Positions 40,795 to 51,469 of a stretch of DNA of 57,297 nucleotides are shown here, one piece after another (the first letter of the stretch is position 1; each line of letters begins with the position of its first letter). The translations under genes and the position numbers were made by a program. The stretch comes from a virus: positions 1 through 57,297 of IMG/VR virus record IMGVR_UViG_3300028146_000002, one strand, 5' to 3'. The notes under the pieces are model-generated. The model worked only from the letters and a program-made list of their open reading frames with translations. It did not search any database and had not been told where the DNA came from.

Positions 40795-43700
40795 TCACTG
40801 AGAGACCTCCCAATCCTTCGATATTCGGGCGCCTGTGACGCCCATCGCAGTTGCCTTTGCAATGGCGGGCATCCACATATCCATGAGACTGATTTGACTA
40901 TCAGTCATCCCGAGCCCTTCGCGCCATACATCGTGCATCGCTTCGGCGGCCGGGATTGGCAATGCGGTCTGCGTGATGTATTCCGGCCACGTATAAGGCT
41001 CAACGCCCTGCGCCCGTAGCCGCTTTGGCAATTGCGTCTTGCCGGGAAGCATTCCAAATCCCGCCGCAGGAAGCGGACGCTGCTGGAAGTCCCGCCCAAA
41101 GGCCAAGTCGGCCGTCATTCCCGCAAATGGACTGAGCTGCGTACGGGCATACTGGAAAAGCGTGTTTGCTGTGTTCTCATCCTCGTAAACGATCTTGTTG
41201 AGTTTGCCTTCATTCTTGATTCCAGACCACAGGCGCAATGGCAATCTGGCCATCGCAAGCATCGGTCCCCCATAGGCGATGTTCTGGCCTGCGATTTTGA
41301 ACTTCAGGAAGTCACTACGATTTGGGTCAGTGAAATTGATTTCCTGATCGCTTCCCATTGCGGAAAGTAGACCTTGGTTGATAGCCAAGAGCCCATACAG
41401 AGTGCCAACCACCCACGCCTTCTCTTTGACCTGCTGGACAGCGAACCACTTCTCTGCGTCTGTGGACTTCTTCCAGCGCAGGAATGTATCAGCCGCCCTG
41501 ACTGGATCGCCAACGAGCCACATAGCACGCGATGCTTCCAGTCGAGGGGCAAATAGAAGGACGTTCGTAAACTTGGGGGCGCTCTTTGCAGTGATTCCGG
41601 TGATGTGATTTACGTCATCGGCAATAGCCGCAGCCATGTCGGCTGTCTGCTTGTGCTTCGGTAGTTGGTCCCAATGATGGTTGAATATGTCCTGCCGAAG
41701 ATTCTTAAGCACGGCGTAACCACGATTACCTGCCCCTGTAACGGCGTTGAAATATTCTGCCACCTTGGGTGATATTCTATCTGCACCACTCCTGATGGCG
41801 CCAGTAATCTCGGGAATATTATATTCCTCAATTGCGTCGGGGTTGTTTTGAAGTCCCGCACGCCTCGCAACTGTGTAGTTTGGATCACTCAACAAATCCT
41901 TGCGCATCATCTGGAAGAAGGCAGGACTTTTCAGCATCCTCACCATGCGCCCGTAATTCTTGAAATACGTGCCCCAGTGCTTGGGCATATAGAACAGTGC
42001 TGGGGCATGGGTTCCAAGAGCAACAAGCCCATGAAGACCGCCACCAATCTTGAGCGAGAACATGGCTCTTGGAATGGTAGCGAGTGCTCGGAGATACATC
42101 GGAACCTGCGTGGACTTGAGCCATGTCTTGGCTTGCAGCTTGTAGCGCCACAGTGCTTCCTGCTTTCGCCACGCTTCGTCAGCCAGGAACTTCGCTCGCT
42201 TGTTCTTCGTCATCAACTCCGTGACTTGCTTAGTGCTCAGCCCAAGGTCTGATGCAACCTTGCTGCGGATCGTATCGAAATCATCCTCGCCCTTATCGAG
42301 ATACTCTTTGACCTTTTCCCAGACGCGCTTCTCAGGATTGACGCGAGCATCCGTCTCGGCCTTGGCTGCGTCAATGGCTGCTTGGCGAACTCTGGCATTG
42401 GCCGCGTCGAGAGCTTTCTTTGTGGCGATCTCCTGATCATTCGGTGGACGCGCGGATGCTTCTTTGACCCTCGCTTGATTCTCTGCGTCTGCTAAACGTG
42501 TTGCTGCTTCGCGTGCTGTCTTCTGTGACGCCTCAAGCGCCTTGCGTGCAGCATCCTCTTGCACTTTCGCAACCTCACGCTCGCGCACTGTCTGAGCAAC
42601 GCGAGCCTTGTTCTCTGCGTCTGCTAAACGGACGGCATTCTCTCGGACGGTTTTATTGGCGGCATCAAGGGCACGCTTCTCGGCGTTGCTACTGCCTGCC
42701 TGCTTCTCAAGTTCGGCATTGAGCGCAGTCTTTGCACCCTCCGCTTCGCCTTCTGCCTTCTTCACGCGACCAGCAATGGACTTGGCGGTCTTGGTTTGCT
42801 GCGGCGTGAAATCCTTATCGGTGGCGTCAGTGTAAGCCTCGCGCAAGCCTGTGAACGTCCCGGTGTCAATGTCCTGCTCGCCCTGTTGTGCCATGCCCGA
42901 CTTGTGCCACTCGGTCTGCATCGGCTTAATGCGGGCCGCCCAATCCGAACGTGCCTTCCATGCCGCGCGGTATTCAGGTGAATCGGTGCCGAACTTTTCT
43001 TCCGTGCGCCTGGCCTCGAATGCGAGTTGCCTCAAACGAGCACGAGCAACAGCAATGCCTTCAGCGGAGACGGACTTAGTTGGGTCGGACTCAAACTTGG
43101 CCATTACTGCTTCGGCAGCATTCGGGTCTTTTGCCAGCAACGCCTCGCCGCTCTGAACCGATTCGGCGGCGGCGATTCCTTCGCCCGGTGGCGGTAATGC
43201 TTCTTGTCCAGACGCAGCAACCTTCTCTCGGACACGTTGAGCCACGCCGGTAACGTCGGCACCTTCATTGGGGCCGAACTCTGACGGAGTGGCCCCACCC
43301 ATGCCGACTATTTCACCTTGAACCGGCGCTTCTCCTTCTCGTGACTCCACGGGTTGGGATTGCTCGGGTGCAACTTGTTCCAAGTCATTGCTGCTAACTT
43401 TTTCGCCTCCTTCGATGACTTGCCCCGACGGAGGTAGCTGTCCCTGATTTCCTCGTATTGCTTCGGCATTTGGCACTCCTTTCTCTGGTGTTATGGCATC
43501 AAACTCTTTGTTTGGAAATACATTCTCGTCAATCCATTTGCCCAAAGCTGGATCTTTGTCGTAAACGTCCTGTCGTAAGTCAGCCCACTCCTGCGGGTCT
43601 TCAAACATTCTTGCGGGTGGATCAATTCCAATCTCTCGCACCCTGGCATTAGCAATCAGCGGGGCTTCCTCAATCTGCCTCGCACGCTTTTTAATTGCGT

Positions 43701-44616
43701 TCTGAATGATTGCCAGTTCGTCACCTGTCTTGCCTTTGCTCATCATCCCGCCGCCGACTCTATAAACCTCGCTGAGTGTTTTGGATGCAAGAATTGGGGA
43801 CACGTCAGGCTCGGCGGCTGGAGTTGGTTCTGTAACTGTTGTAGTTACATCGGGTTCTATCTCCCCCTCAATCGCAGGCGCTGCGGGCTTTGCGCCTGCC
43901 GGGGTTTGAAGAATTGCGCCGGTTGCCAGCGGGCCCTGAACTTCGGCAGGTGAAATCCTTCCCACCATTCTGCCAACGCCGTGAGCAATCGGAAGTGCGG
44001 TGAAAGCTGTTGTCTGCAACAACTGACTTTGTAACCGCGCAATCTCATTCGGGTCTTGATCGGCTTTATTCTTTCCAAGCTCCTGCCCAAGCTTCTCCAC
44101 AACGTCAGGCGCATCAGCAAGCATCTTTATGCCCATCGCAATCATCACTGGCGTCCCGCCTGCTGCGAGGGCTGGCGCGAGTGGGGCCAACCGCATCAAA
44201 TCTTGAGCGACATGCGCGGCGGTCGCCTGTGCCGGATTGGTCTTGGCTAATTCGGCGATGTCCGCATCAACTGGAAGTTCGTCGCGTCCTTGAATTGCCG
44301 CCCAGGTGTTTTCCCACGTCTTCTGCTGTGGGCGAGCGAGAGCAAGAGAGCCAATATCAGTGCCGACGCCGCGCGCGACATTGCCAACGTCTGAAAGATT
44401 CTGCTGAATCTGCTGCGACAATTCTGGAATATCAATCGCAGGCGGCTCGGGGTTGACCTTCCCGCTTTGTAGATAGGCGCGTTGATACGGGTCGAGCTTG
44501 ATTGTAGGCGGGGTGGGCGAAGAAAGGAAATCCTCAGCCTTCGTCTTGCTGCTCAGAAAGTCATCCGCACTTTGCTTTTCCTCAAGGAATGCCGATGCGC
44601 TTTGCATGTCATTCAA
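40795..44616 (-). CDS. Large internal virion / ejection protein (T7 gp16-like position)
   Basis: 1273 aa. It is last in a series of 275, 438 and 1273 aa. It has an internal RLADAEN(K/Q)ARV repeat and hydrophobic C-terminal segments. Confidence 0.5.
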   Translation of the reverse strand: MNDMQSASAFLEEKQSADDFLSSKTKAEDFLSSPTPPTIKLDPYQRAYLQSGKVNPEPPAIDIPELSQQIQQNLSDVGNVARGVGTDIGSLALARPQQKTWENTWAAIQGRDELPVDADIAELAKTNPAQATAAHVAQDLMRLAPLAPALAAGGTPVMIAMGIKMLADAPDVVEKLGQELGKNKADQDPNEIARLQSQLLQTTAFTALPIAHGVGRMVGRISPAEVQGPLATGAILQTPAGAKPAAPAIEGEIEPDVTTTVTEPTPAAEPDVSPILASKTLSEVYRVGGGMMSKGKTGDELAIIQNAIKKRARQIEEAPLIANARVREIGIDPPARMFEDPQEWADLRQDVYDKDPALGKWIDENVFPNKEFDAITPEKGVPNAEAIRGNQGQLPPSGQVIEGGEKVSSNDLEQVAPEQSQPVESREGEAPVQGEIVGMGGATPSEFGPNEGADVTGVAQRVREKVAASGQEALPPPGEGIAAAESVQSGEALLAKDPNAAEAVMAKFESDPTKSVSAEGIAVARARLRQLAFEARRTEEKFGTDSPEYRAAWKARSDWAARIKPMQTEWHKSGMAQQGEQDIDTGTFTGLREAYTDATDKDFTPQQTKTAKSIAGRVKKAEGEAEGAKTALNAELEKQAGSSNAEKRALDAANKTVRENAVRLADAENKARVAQTVREREVAKVQEDAARKALEASQKTAREAATRLADAENQARVKEASARPPNDQEIATKKALDAANARVRQAAIDAAKAETDARVNPEKRVWEKVKEYLDKGEDDFDTIRSKVASDLGLSTKQVTELMTKNKRAKFLADEAWRKQEALWRYKLQAKTWLKSTQVPMYLRALATIPRAMFSLKIGGGLHGLVALGTHAPALFYMPKHWGTYFKNYGRMVRMLKSPAFFQMMRKDLLSDPNYTVARRAGLQNNPDAIEEYNIPEITGAIRSGADRISPKVAEYFNAVTGAGNRGYAVLKNLRQDIFNHHWDQLPKHKQTADMAAAIADDVNHITGITAKSAPKFTNVLLFAPRLEASRAMWLVGDPVRAADTFLRWKKSTDAEKWFAVQQVKEKAWVVGTLYGLLAINQGLLSAMGSDQEINFTDPNRSDFLKFKIAGQNIAYGGPMLAMARLPLRLWSGIKNEGKLNKIVYEDENTANTLFQYARTQLSPFAGMTADLAFGRDFQQRPLPAAGFGMLPGKTQLPKRLRAQGVEPYTWPEYITQTALPIPAAEAMHDVWREGLGMTDSQISLMDMWMPAIAKATAMGVTGARISKDWEVSQ

Positions 44617-45925
44617 ACTGGTCCTTGAATTGGTCCTTGAGAATCTTAACGCCGTCGTCCTTGCTCAACTTTCTAGACTGCACATCGGCCTTAACTTCGT
44701 CGGGGGTTTTGTAAGTGGAAGTTGCGGCTGGCGCGGCTGCTGGTTTCGCGGCAGTGGTATTCGTGAATGCCTTCATTTGTGCCATTAGTCCAGACCGATC
44801 TGACTCCAACCGTTCAAGCCTATTTTGTTCAGTGGTCGTCAACTGAAGCTTGGCATTCTTCGGGTTCTGCTCTGCCTCAAGTTTCCGTTTGAGTAGCGGG
44901 GCAAGCTGGCCATTTAGTCCGGTGATCTTGAATTGTATTTCCCTCGCCTTGACCGTCTCTTTGTCGTCCAGAACTTTGAATCCACCACCTTTAGGGTTGT
45001 AGATAATGTTCATGTTCTTCCCATCTGGAAGCTGCACTGTTTTCAAAACTGGCTCCGTAGTGTTAGGTGGAGTTGTAATCTTCTCCGACCGCAACACGGT
45101 CATGTCAGCGTTCGGATGCCGAGCCTTTGCCTGAAACACTTGAGCCTGATTCGTGGCGCGCGACAGTTCGTCAAAGAGTGCGCTAGTATCCTGAAGGACC
45201 AATGCCTTTTGCGCGTCCTTAATCTTCTGCGCATCAGCCGAACGCTTGCCAATCGCCTCCTGTGTGACCATCGCCCGAATCGTCGGGTCGGATGTTGCTC
45301 CAGGATGCTGCGTCAGAAATTGTGAAACACTCGGCGGCGTTGACGCATCAACTGGAAGTGTGGCTGACGCACCCCTTGGAGTCGTTGGCGTGACTGGAAG
45401 CGTCGTTGGCGCTGCCGCCGAAAGTTCTCCTGCCATATCATCCGGATTGGTCGCAGGTGCCATCAACTCGCTTCCAGGATCGGATGCTGGCGCAGCGAGC
45501 GCGGGAAGATTCGCGGACAGTTCGCCAGCAGGATCGGAAGTATCCGAGGCTGCGGCGGGATTGGTCTGCGCCTTGTGAAGTTCGCCAAGCAAATCAGCGA
45601 CGGCTTGGGCTTGGTCCGCTTTGACCTTCGCGGCATCGGCGTATCGCTTCAACTCGCCTTGCCGCCACGCATCAATGGAGTTGTTGCGTGCACGTTCGAG
45701 TTCGGCCTGCGCGTCGGCGATGGCTTTGCGCTGGCTCAATTCCGCATTGAATTGCGTGCCTTGCTGCTGCATCTTGGCAGCGTCCACCACTGAACCAAGC
45801 AATAGTTTCTGCTGCGCGAGGGCTGAGTTCTCAAGCTGCTCTCGGAGGTTCAATCCAGCGGATGCGCCAGCGGATGCCGCAGGTATCGGTTCGGCTCGCC
45901 CAAGCCATGGAGCGGAAGTAAGCAT
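44609..45925 (-). CDS. Internal virion protein
   Basis: 438 aa. The call rests on coiled coils and position. Confidence 0.4.
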   Translation of the reverse strand: MLTSAPWLGRAEPIPAASAGASAGLNLREQLENSALAQQKLLLGSVVDAAKMQQQGTQFNAELSQRKAIADAQAELERARNNSIDAWRQGELKRYADAAKVKADQAQAVADLLGELHKAQTNPAAASDTSDPAGELSANLPALAAPASDPGSELMAPATNPDDMAGELSAAAPTTLPVTPTTPRGASATLPVDASTPPSVSQFLTQHPGATSDPTIRAMVTQEAIGKRSADAQKIKDAQKALVLQDTSALFDELSRATNQAQVFQAKARHPNADMTVLRSEKITTPPNTTEPVLKTVQLPDGKNMNIIYNPKGGGFKVLDDKETVKAREIQFKITGLNGQLAPLLKRKLEAEQNPKNAKLQLTTTEQNRLERLESDRSGLMAQMKAFTNTTAAKPAAAPAATSTYKTPDEVKADVQSRKLSKDDGVKILKDQFKDQFE

Positions 45926-46752
45926 TAGAAGAACCCACCAATCAGTTTACCGATGGCACCGCCGATGCCGCTTCCTGCGGTTGCACCAGCAGGGCCACCA
46001 AAGAACCCGCCAGCAGCGCCACCAAGCCCGGTTCCAATGAGCGAACCGATGGCATCGCTGCCTTTGTTCTTCTTGCCCTTCATTGAGTTTAGGTATCGTT
46101 GGAACAATGCGCTCGAGTACGCCGCTTGAGCCTCGGGATTGGGCGCGGCTGCATTGCTGGCGTTAGTTGCCGAGATTTCGGTTTGAAGCGCCGGATTGAC
46201 GGTCTGGGTTTGGGATGTGCTGCCGACTAGACTACCAAGCCGACTCAAACCCTCAGATTGCCCTTGCAGGCTGGTCAGGCCAAGATCGCGCAGGGTGCGG
46301 TTGGTGGCCAATTCACTTCCCGGCATTCCCGAACGCACGCCGAACGTCGCACCCTCATTTTCAATCTGCTGCTTTACGTCGCCAGGAAGCTCACCGCGAA
46401 GCAGTGGCAGGATGCCTGACATGGCCGCCGTATTGCCTTCACCAAGCCCCGGAAGTTTCGCCGCAAGGTCAGTGTAAGGGTCAGGGGCACCGATTGAGCC
46501 AGGGACCAAGCCAAACGCTCCCGTGCCTTGCTGTGGTCCAGGCGTGTTGCTGTAGCCGTTCGCCGGGAGTGCCGTTCCAGCCGCCCGGTTCCCCGGCGCC
46601 GTGGTGCTGCCAAGGAGCGCCAACACGCCATATGGGTCGCGCCAGTTCTGGAATGATGCTAGCGGGTCTTTGCCGGGGACCGGCTTGAGATTCTGAATGT
46701 AGTCATGCCACTGCGGTCCTTCGGCGGCGGGTGCGTAAATTGGTTTTGCCAT
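45925..46752 (-). CDS. Internal virion protein with a glycine-zipper C-terminus
   Basis: The C-terminus is GSLIGTGLGGAAGGFFGGPAGATAGSGIGGAIGKLIGGFF. Confidence 0.4.
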   Translation of the reverse strand: MAKPIYAPAAEGPQWHDYIQNLKPVPGKDPLASFQNWRDPYGVLALLGSTTAPGNRAAGTALPANGYSNTPGPQQGTGAFGLVPGSIGAPDPYTDLAAKLPGLGEGNTAAMSGILPLLRGELPGDVKQQIENEGATFGVRSGMPGSELATNRTLRDLGLTSLQGQSEGLSRLGSLVGSTSQTQTVNPALQTEISATNASNAAAPNPEAQAAYSSALFQRYLNSMKGKKNKGSDAIGSLIGTGLGGAAGGFFGGPAGATAGSGIGGAIGKLIGGFF

Positions 46753-46753
46753 A

Positions 46754-47728
46754 TCAGAAGCAGCGTTGTTCGCCGAGTGCAGTGCGGTTCATGCCGTCAA
46801 TATTAACAGGGATGGCATCGTTCTCATTGTCCTCATCGTAAAGTTGCAGGTTCCCTTCGCGGATAGCTTTCATCTCAAACTTGGAAGCTGATTCATCATC
46901 GCCCGCACGTTCAGAGCGAATGGCCTGAATCATCATTTCCAGTGCATCCACGTTCTGGACGATGACCAGATCGGAGTCGTGAGCGACCGGGATGAACTTC
47001 AGTTTCACGAGCGCAATCACTGGTTGCCCTGATGTGCAGGTTGAGTTCGTATGAAGATCGGTGCGCAGATAGTCAGGCGAAGTCTCAGACGGTTCATACA
47101 TCGCGAGGTCAATCATGTTCGTCCCGTCGGTGGCATAGACTCGCACTGGCCCATTGGTGGCATCCTTGAGCACTCGGTCAATGCGGCGGATGCTGGTCCA
47201 TTCGATGTAAGGCACATCAAGGGACTTCTGCTGCCCATCTACCCAAGGACCGTTGCCTTTGGTGCGGATGGTTTGCCCTGACGAATCCTCACCAAACAGC
47301 GTCATCGTCTTGTTCTTGTCCAACGGGCTTTCGAGGTAGGCTCGCACTGTCGTCCAGCCGTTGGGAATGGCGGCGTACGTGGGCGATGTGCCCTGCATGG
47401 AAATCTGGCAACGCTGGCCGAGATACGACCACCAATAACTGCGGTCCCAACCTGAGCGATCATACGGCAGGAAATCGCCCCACATATTCTTTACCGGGAT
47501 GGTGGTGCGGCAGAAGTTGAGCTTGCGGATTTGCCCGACGTAACGATTCCAGACGATGCAGCCATTGCGGACGCAGGTGTAAATCGGGACCACGGTGCCC
47601 TGCCACTCGCCACGCCGCATGAAACGACGGCACGCGTCATTGATCAGCCGGGCGAATTCCCTGCTGTTCGCCGGCACGGATGCAATCTCCGGAATGGAAG
47701 ACTGCTTGCAATCAAGAAGCGTCAGCAC
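46754..47728 (-). CDS. Putative tail tubular / adaptor protein
   Basis: 324 aa, adjacent to the 847-aa nozzle-like gene. Confidence 0.35.
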   Translation of the reverse strand: MLTLLDCKQSSIPEIASVPANSREFARLINDACRRFMRRGEWQGTVVPIYTCVRNGCIVWNRYVGQIRKLNFCRTTIPVKNMWGDFLPYDRSGWDRSYWWSYLGQRCQISMQGTSPTYAAIPNGWTTVRAYLESPLDKNKTMTLFGEDSSGQTIRTKGNGPWVDGQQKSLDVPYIEWTSIRRIDRVLKDATNGPVRVYATDGTNMIDLAMYEPSETSPDYLRTDLHTNSTCTSGQPVIALVKLKFIPVAHDSDLVIVQNVDALEMMIQAIRSERAGDDESASKFEMKAIREGNLQLYDEDNENDAIPVNIDGMNRTALGEQRCF

Positions 47729-47873
47729 GGTAAAAGAGTCACGCTGTTAGCGGTAAAGTCAAGAAGTAAGGTGCCTGCTTCCGTGGATGGCTGCGGCAGG
47801 CGCGCGGGAGGTGGATGAAGTCTCGCTGGTATGAATACCGAAATGTCCAGCCTACGCTCTCACGGATTACGAT

Positions 47874-50417
47874 TTATACGGCGTCGGCATTGAGTTTGGC
47901 AAATTCAGGCGTCGGGATTGTCACTGCCTTGAACCGCGCACCCTTGAATCGGCAGTTGCCCTCGACCACCAACCGGAATTGGAAGGTATAGCCTTCGCGC
48001 AATGGGCGACCGTTCACGTTGTCAGCATCCTCGGATGACGGCTCACCGAGGCCAAGGCGTGGGCGGAATTGCGGGTCGCTATCCGGATCGAATTTCTCCG
48101 TCCATGTGCGCCACTGGACCCACTCAGGCCACTCATCGGGCCTGTAGTATGCGGTGAAGGTCACATCCTCAGTCATCTCGTCAATGTAAAACTCACCATC
48201 CAGGAGGCGCAGGCAATCATGAATGCGTGGATCATCTTGATGGAAATTGAACTGGCTGCTTTGCAGATCGTAAGTCTTCTTGGCATCACCCTCGTCATGC
48301 GTGTCACTCAATGGGCCGTCGGTGGGCAGGATTTCCCAAAGCTCCATCTTAGAAAGGTCGCTGCTGACGCACACCGCGAATTGGCGCTGAACGCCAGCGA
48401 AGCTCCCGCCAATCAATTGCAGGATATTCAGGTCTTCCCAAATGCCATCGTAAACCGCCTGAGCCTTTCCCTGTAAGCTACTCAGTGGGTCAAAGTTCAA
48501 CGCAACCAACCGAGTATGGAACACGCCGAGCGAACTTTGCACCGGACTTGATGTCACTAGCAGGCGGTTATCGAACACTGCCGCACTGGAAAACGCTAAC
48601 AGGTCGGGCGCGTCTTCCCTGAGAGTCGCGTCCACTTCCCGGCTTTGCGGCACATTTCCCCAGGTCGAGAATTCGCGACGAGCGAGTATTTGGCTCCTGA
48701 TGCCATCCAGTGCGCGGTAGAAGAAATCACTGTTGGCGAGCACGGTAGAAACCTGTCCCTGGCCGCCACTTCCAATCACTGACGGTGGGAGGATTGGGTT
48801 GGTGATGTCCTGCCAACCGCCAGCACCAATTCTGTTTACTGGGGCGAGGCACGAGAATATGGTTGTGGCCGTCAGCACAGACAGTGGCCCTTGTCCGAGG
48901 CTTTCGTCAATGGCACTGGTGGGCATGATGGCGGTTATCTTTCCCGCCGAACTCGGAACTATGAAGAACCCGCCACCGGCCAAGAATGTGTTTTCAGTCA
49001 CTCGCAGAACGGCATCACGCTTGGAGTATGCCACCGTGCCGCTGGCACCAAGCACGATGTCGCTTGCGATGAATCTCCTTCCATCGGTCAATGCCATCCA
49101 ATTCCGCCCATGCCAGTAAGCCCCCATTCGACCTGAAGGCAACTCGTTCACCGAGTTAATGGCGGCCGGATTATCCATCGCGACCCCGACGGCTGGGTCG
49201 TTCAGGTTGACCAAAAAGACCGATGTGCTCGATGCTGGCGGAGGGGTAACTGACTTTACAACGTACGCTTTGGCTTCATCAAATTGGTATTCCAGCACAG
49301 TGCCCACAGGAAGCGTGAAGGCTTGCGTGAATGTGACCGTAACATCTGCGCCAATCGCCGGGGGCATGAAGGTGGTTCCGACGGTGAACTGAGTTACGTC
49401 AGGAATCGCCGTCAACTGCATTTGGTTGTTGTTGTTCAGGAATATTGACCACGGGAGTGGTTGAGGAAACGACTGAGACGGGTCCAGTTTCGCACGAACC
49501 GTGGTTGCTGTGCTGCTGACCACAATCCAGTAAACCCGGCGCGGGCTTATGGTAGGCCAGTTATTGATAACCGTATTTTCCGTGAAGAACGTCACTCCAT
49601 TATCTGGTGGATGGAGCATCGGGCTTACGGAAATATCTACCTCTGTGTTTGTATCAAATATGTTTGCACCAGGCGCACCGTTGATTGCGGTGGAGAACCC
49701 AATTAATCCCGGCTGATAGTTGAATATCTGGCCCGCTGGCCTGGACGCCGCATTATCGCTGAGATTCGTCAGAACAACCGTAGGACTTCCCAATTGAATC
49801 GCGTAAAGGTAATTGCCAGCGTTGTTGGTAATGGAAACAATCGCATTGTTCGGACCTGAATAGGCAGGGCTTATCGTCGCGGCCACGCTTGCCCCAAGTG
49901 CCGGAACCGTTGGGCCACCTGTAATGTTCCCAAGTGACGCCACCGCCCCGGTTGATCGCCGAGAAGTCGAGCCGTCAAAGAAGACAGGCAACCTCAGTCC
50001 ATCATTCCAAATCAAGAACTGCTCGGCCTGCCATAGCCAGTTTTGAGCTGCGGTGGTCGAATTCAAATCCCCTGCAATCGTGCGCTCGTAAAGCGTGGCG
50101 TTGTTGCCCGCGATGGAGAATTGGAATAGCCGACCTGACGCCGCAATCATCACGGATTCGTTTCCCACATCCGGTTTGTAATAGGCAGCACACTGGAACA
50201 GGGCCGTCTCGAATGCGCCTTGGAGTGTGCTGTTTCCAAGATTGACGATGCTTAACTTTCGGAATGCTCCCCTTGGTCGAACGAATTGCCCGCGCACGGT
50301 CCCGTTGGTCAGGTTCGCCAGTTGGTTGCGGGGAAGGTTCTGCGGGTCAATACCGCTGTTCATGCCGAGTTCAAAGGAACCCAGCGCATCGAACAGAGTC
50401 CTCGGGGTGAAGGCCAT
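47874..50417 (-). CDS. Putative tail tubular protein B (nozzle)
   Basis: 847 aa. The call rests on size and its order relative to the internal virion proteins. Confidence 0.4.
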   Translation of the reverse strand: MAFTPRTLFDALGSFELGMNSGIDPQNLPRNQLANLTNGTVRGQFVRPRGAFRKLSIVNLGNSTLQGAFETALFQCAAYYKPDVGNESVMIAASGRLFQFSIAGNNATLYERTIAGDLNSTTAAQNWLWQAEQFLIWNDGLRLPVFFDGSTSRRSTGAVASLGNITGGPTVPALGASVAATISPAYSGPNNAIVSITNNAGNYLYAIQLGSPTVVLTNLSDNAASRPAGQIFNYQPGLIGFSTAINGAPGANIFDTNTEVDISVSPMLHPPDNGVTFFTENTVINNWPTISPRRVYWIVVSSTATTVRAKLDPSQSFPQPLPWSIFLNNNNQMQLTAIPDVTQFTVGTTFMPPAIGADVTVTFTQAFTLPVGTVLEYQFDEAKAYVVKSVTPPPASSTSVFLVNLNDPAVGVAMDNPAAINSVNELPSGRMGAYWHGRNWMALTDGRRFIASDIVLGASGTVAYSKRDAVLRVTENTFLAGGGFFIVPSSAGKITAIMPTSAIDESLGQGPLSVLTATTIFSCLAPVNRIGAGGWQDITNPILPPSVIGSGGQGQVSTVLANSDFFYRALDGIRSQILARREFSTWGNVPQSREVDATLREDAPDLLAFSSAAVFDNRLLVTSSPVQSSLGVFHTRLVALNFDPLSSLQGKAQAVYDGIWEDLNILQLIGGSFAGVQRQFAVCVSSDLSKMELWEILPTDGPLSDTHDEGDAKKTYDLQSSQFNFHQDDPRIHDCLRLLDGEFYIDEMTEDVTFTAYYRPDEWPEWVQWRTWTEKFDPDSDPQFRPRLGLGEPSSEDADNVNGRPLREGYTFQFRLVVEGNCRFKGARFKAVTIPTPEFAKLNADAV

Positions 50418-51262
50418 TATTGATGGCGCAGTGCGGTGCGGAGTTGATTCTGCTTGAAGGCGATTGCGGCGATGGTCGCGGCAAGATCGAGATTGGTCAC
50501 GCTGAGTTCAACATGCCCGTAGCCCTCAGTGAAGGCAGTCACCGCACTGGCGATGATTTCTAGCGTTTGGCCGGCAGTGCCCGTGTTGGCCGCGGTGATT
50601 GCGGTTCCGGCTTGGCTTGCCCCGGTTGCGTATGTTCCAGACACCGATATGACGCCGCCAGTGGTTGCCGCAGTGTTGATTCGAGTCGTCAGTGTCGCGG
50701 CCTTCGCGCCTGTGGTAATGGCGATGTCGCAACGGAAGTTCGCGGAATTGACCTGAAAGGCGTACGGAATGACCGTCTCCCAAAGCTGGCTGTTCACCAA
50801 AAGCGCCATGCTGAATGGGCCAATGATGAGTGCATTGCGGACGCAGGTGGCGGCAATCGTGTCGGACTTCGTGCCGCCGCTGTTATCGGTGAATGCGGTG
50901 AGCGCGTCCAAGTCCCACGCCACGGTCTGATCGCCCATTCCCGGCATCACGAGTGCGCCTGATGCCACGGTGCCGCTGGCTGAATCGCCAACGAGTCCAA
51001 GGAATCGCCCCGTGATTGCGGTGGCCGAATCAACCGAAATGATGATGAAGTTCGCCTGCTTTGAGCCGTCGGAGATGAACAGGTTCTTGCCTGCCTTCAT
51101 CCAACTCGTGTCGCCGAGAGAGATACTGACGGTGCTGCCAATCGCGGGCAGCACGAAGCTTGCTGATGTGGTGGTTATGCCGCTGGCGCCAGTTGAGCCG
51201 GGAATGTTGGTCGTCGTGGGCGTGCTGCAACAACTCGGCACGCAAGGCGTAGTGGCACTCAT
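50417..51262 (-). CDS. Hypothetical structural protein
   Basis: 281 aa, T/S/A/G-rich. First gene of the minus-strand late operon. Confidence 0.4.
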   Translation of the reverse strand: MSATTPCVPSCCSTPTTTNIPGSTGASGITTTSASFVLPAIGSTVSISLGDTSWMKAGKNLFISDGSKQANFIIISVDSATAITGRFLGLVGDSASGTVASGALVMPGMGDQTVAWDLDALTAFTDNSGGTKSDTIAATCVRNALIIGPFSMALLVNSQLWETVIPYAFQVNSANFRCDIAITTGAKAATLTTRINTAATTGGVISVSGTYATGASQAGTAITAANTGTAGQTLEIIASAVTAFTEGYGHVELSVTNLDLAATIAAIAFKQNQLRTALRHQ

Positions 51263-51298
51263 GCAACGGCTTTACACCCTTTCTTGCGATGTGGCAAC

Positions 51299-51331
51299 CA
51301 AATAAAAAGCCGCAACCTTTCGGCTGCGGCT
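51299..51331 (-). terminator. Intrinsic-terminator-like hairpin on the minus strand, inside a divergent intergenic region
   Basis: AGCCGCA..CC-tttc-GG..TGCGGCT (51308..51331). On the minus strand it is followed by TTTTTATTT. Confidence 0.45.
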
Positions 51332-51469
51332 CTGGAGGGCGGCTTTGGGGACGCCAAGGATACCGCTTGCCACTTTGCTCGCATTGGCGTTAGTGTCAAG
51401 CCTACAGTGCCGATTTTCCGAAAATATTCTGTCGCCTTCCCGGATGGTTACGATCTGTTGAAGGCTGAG

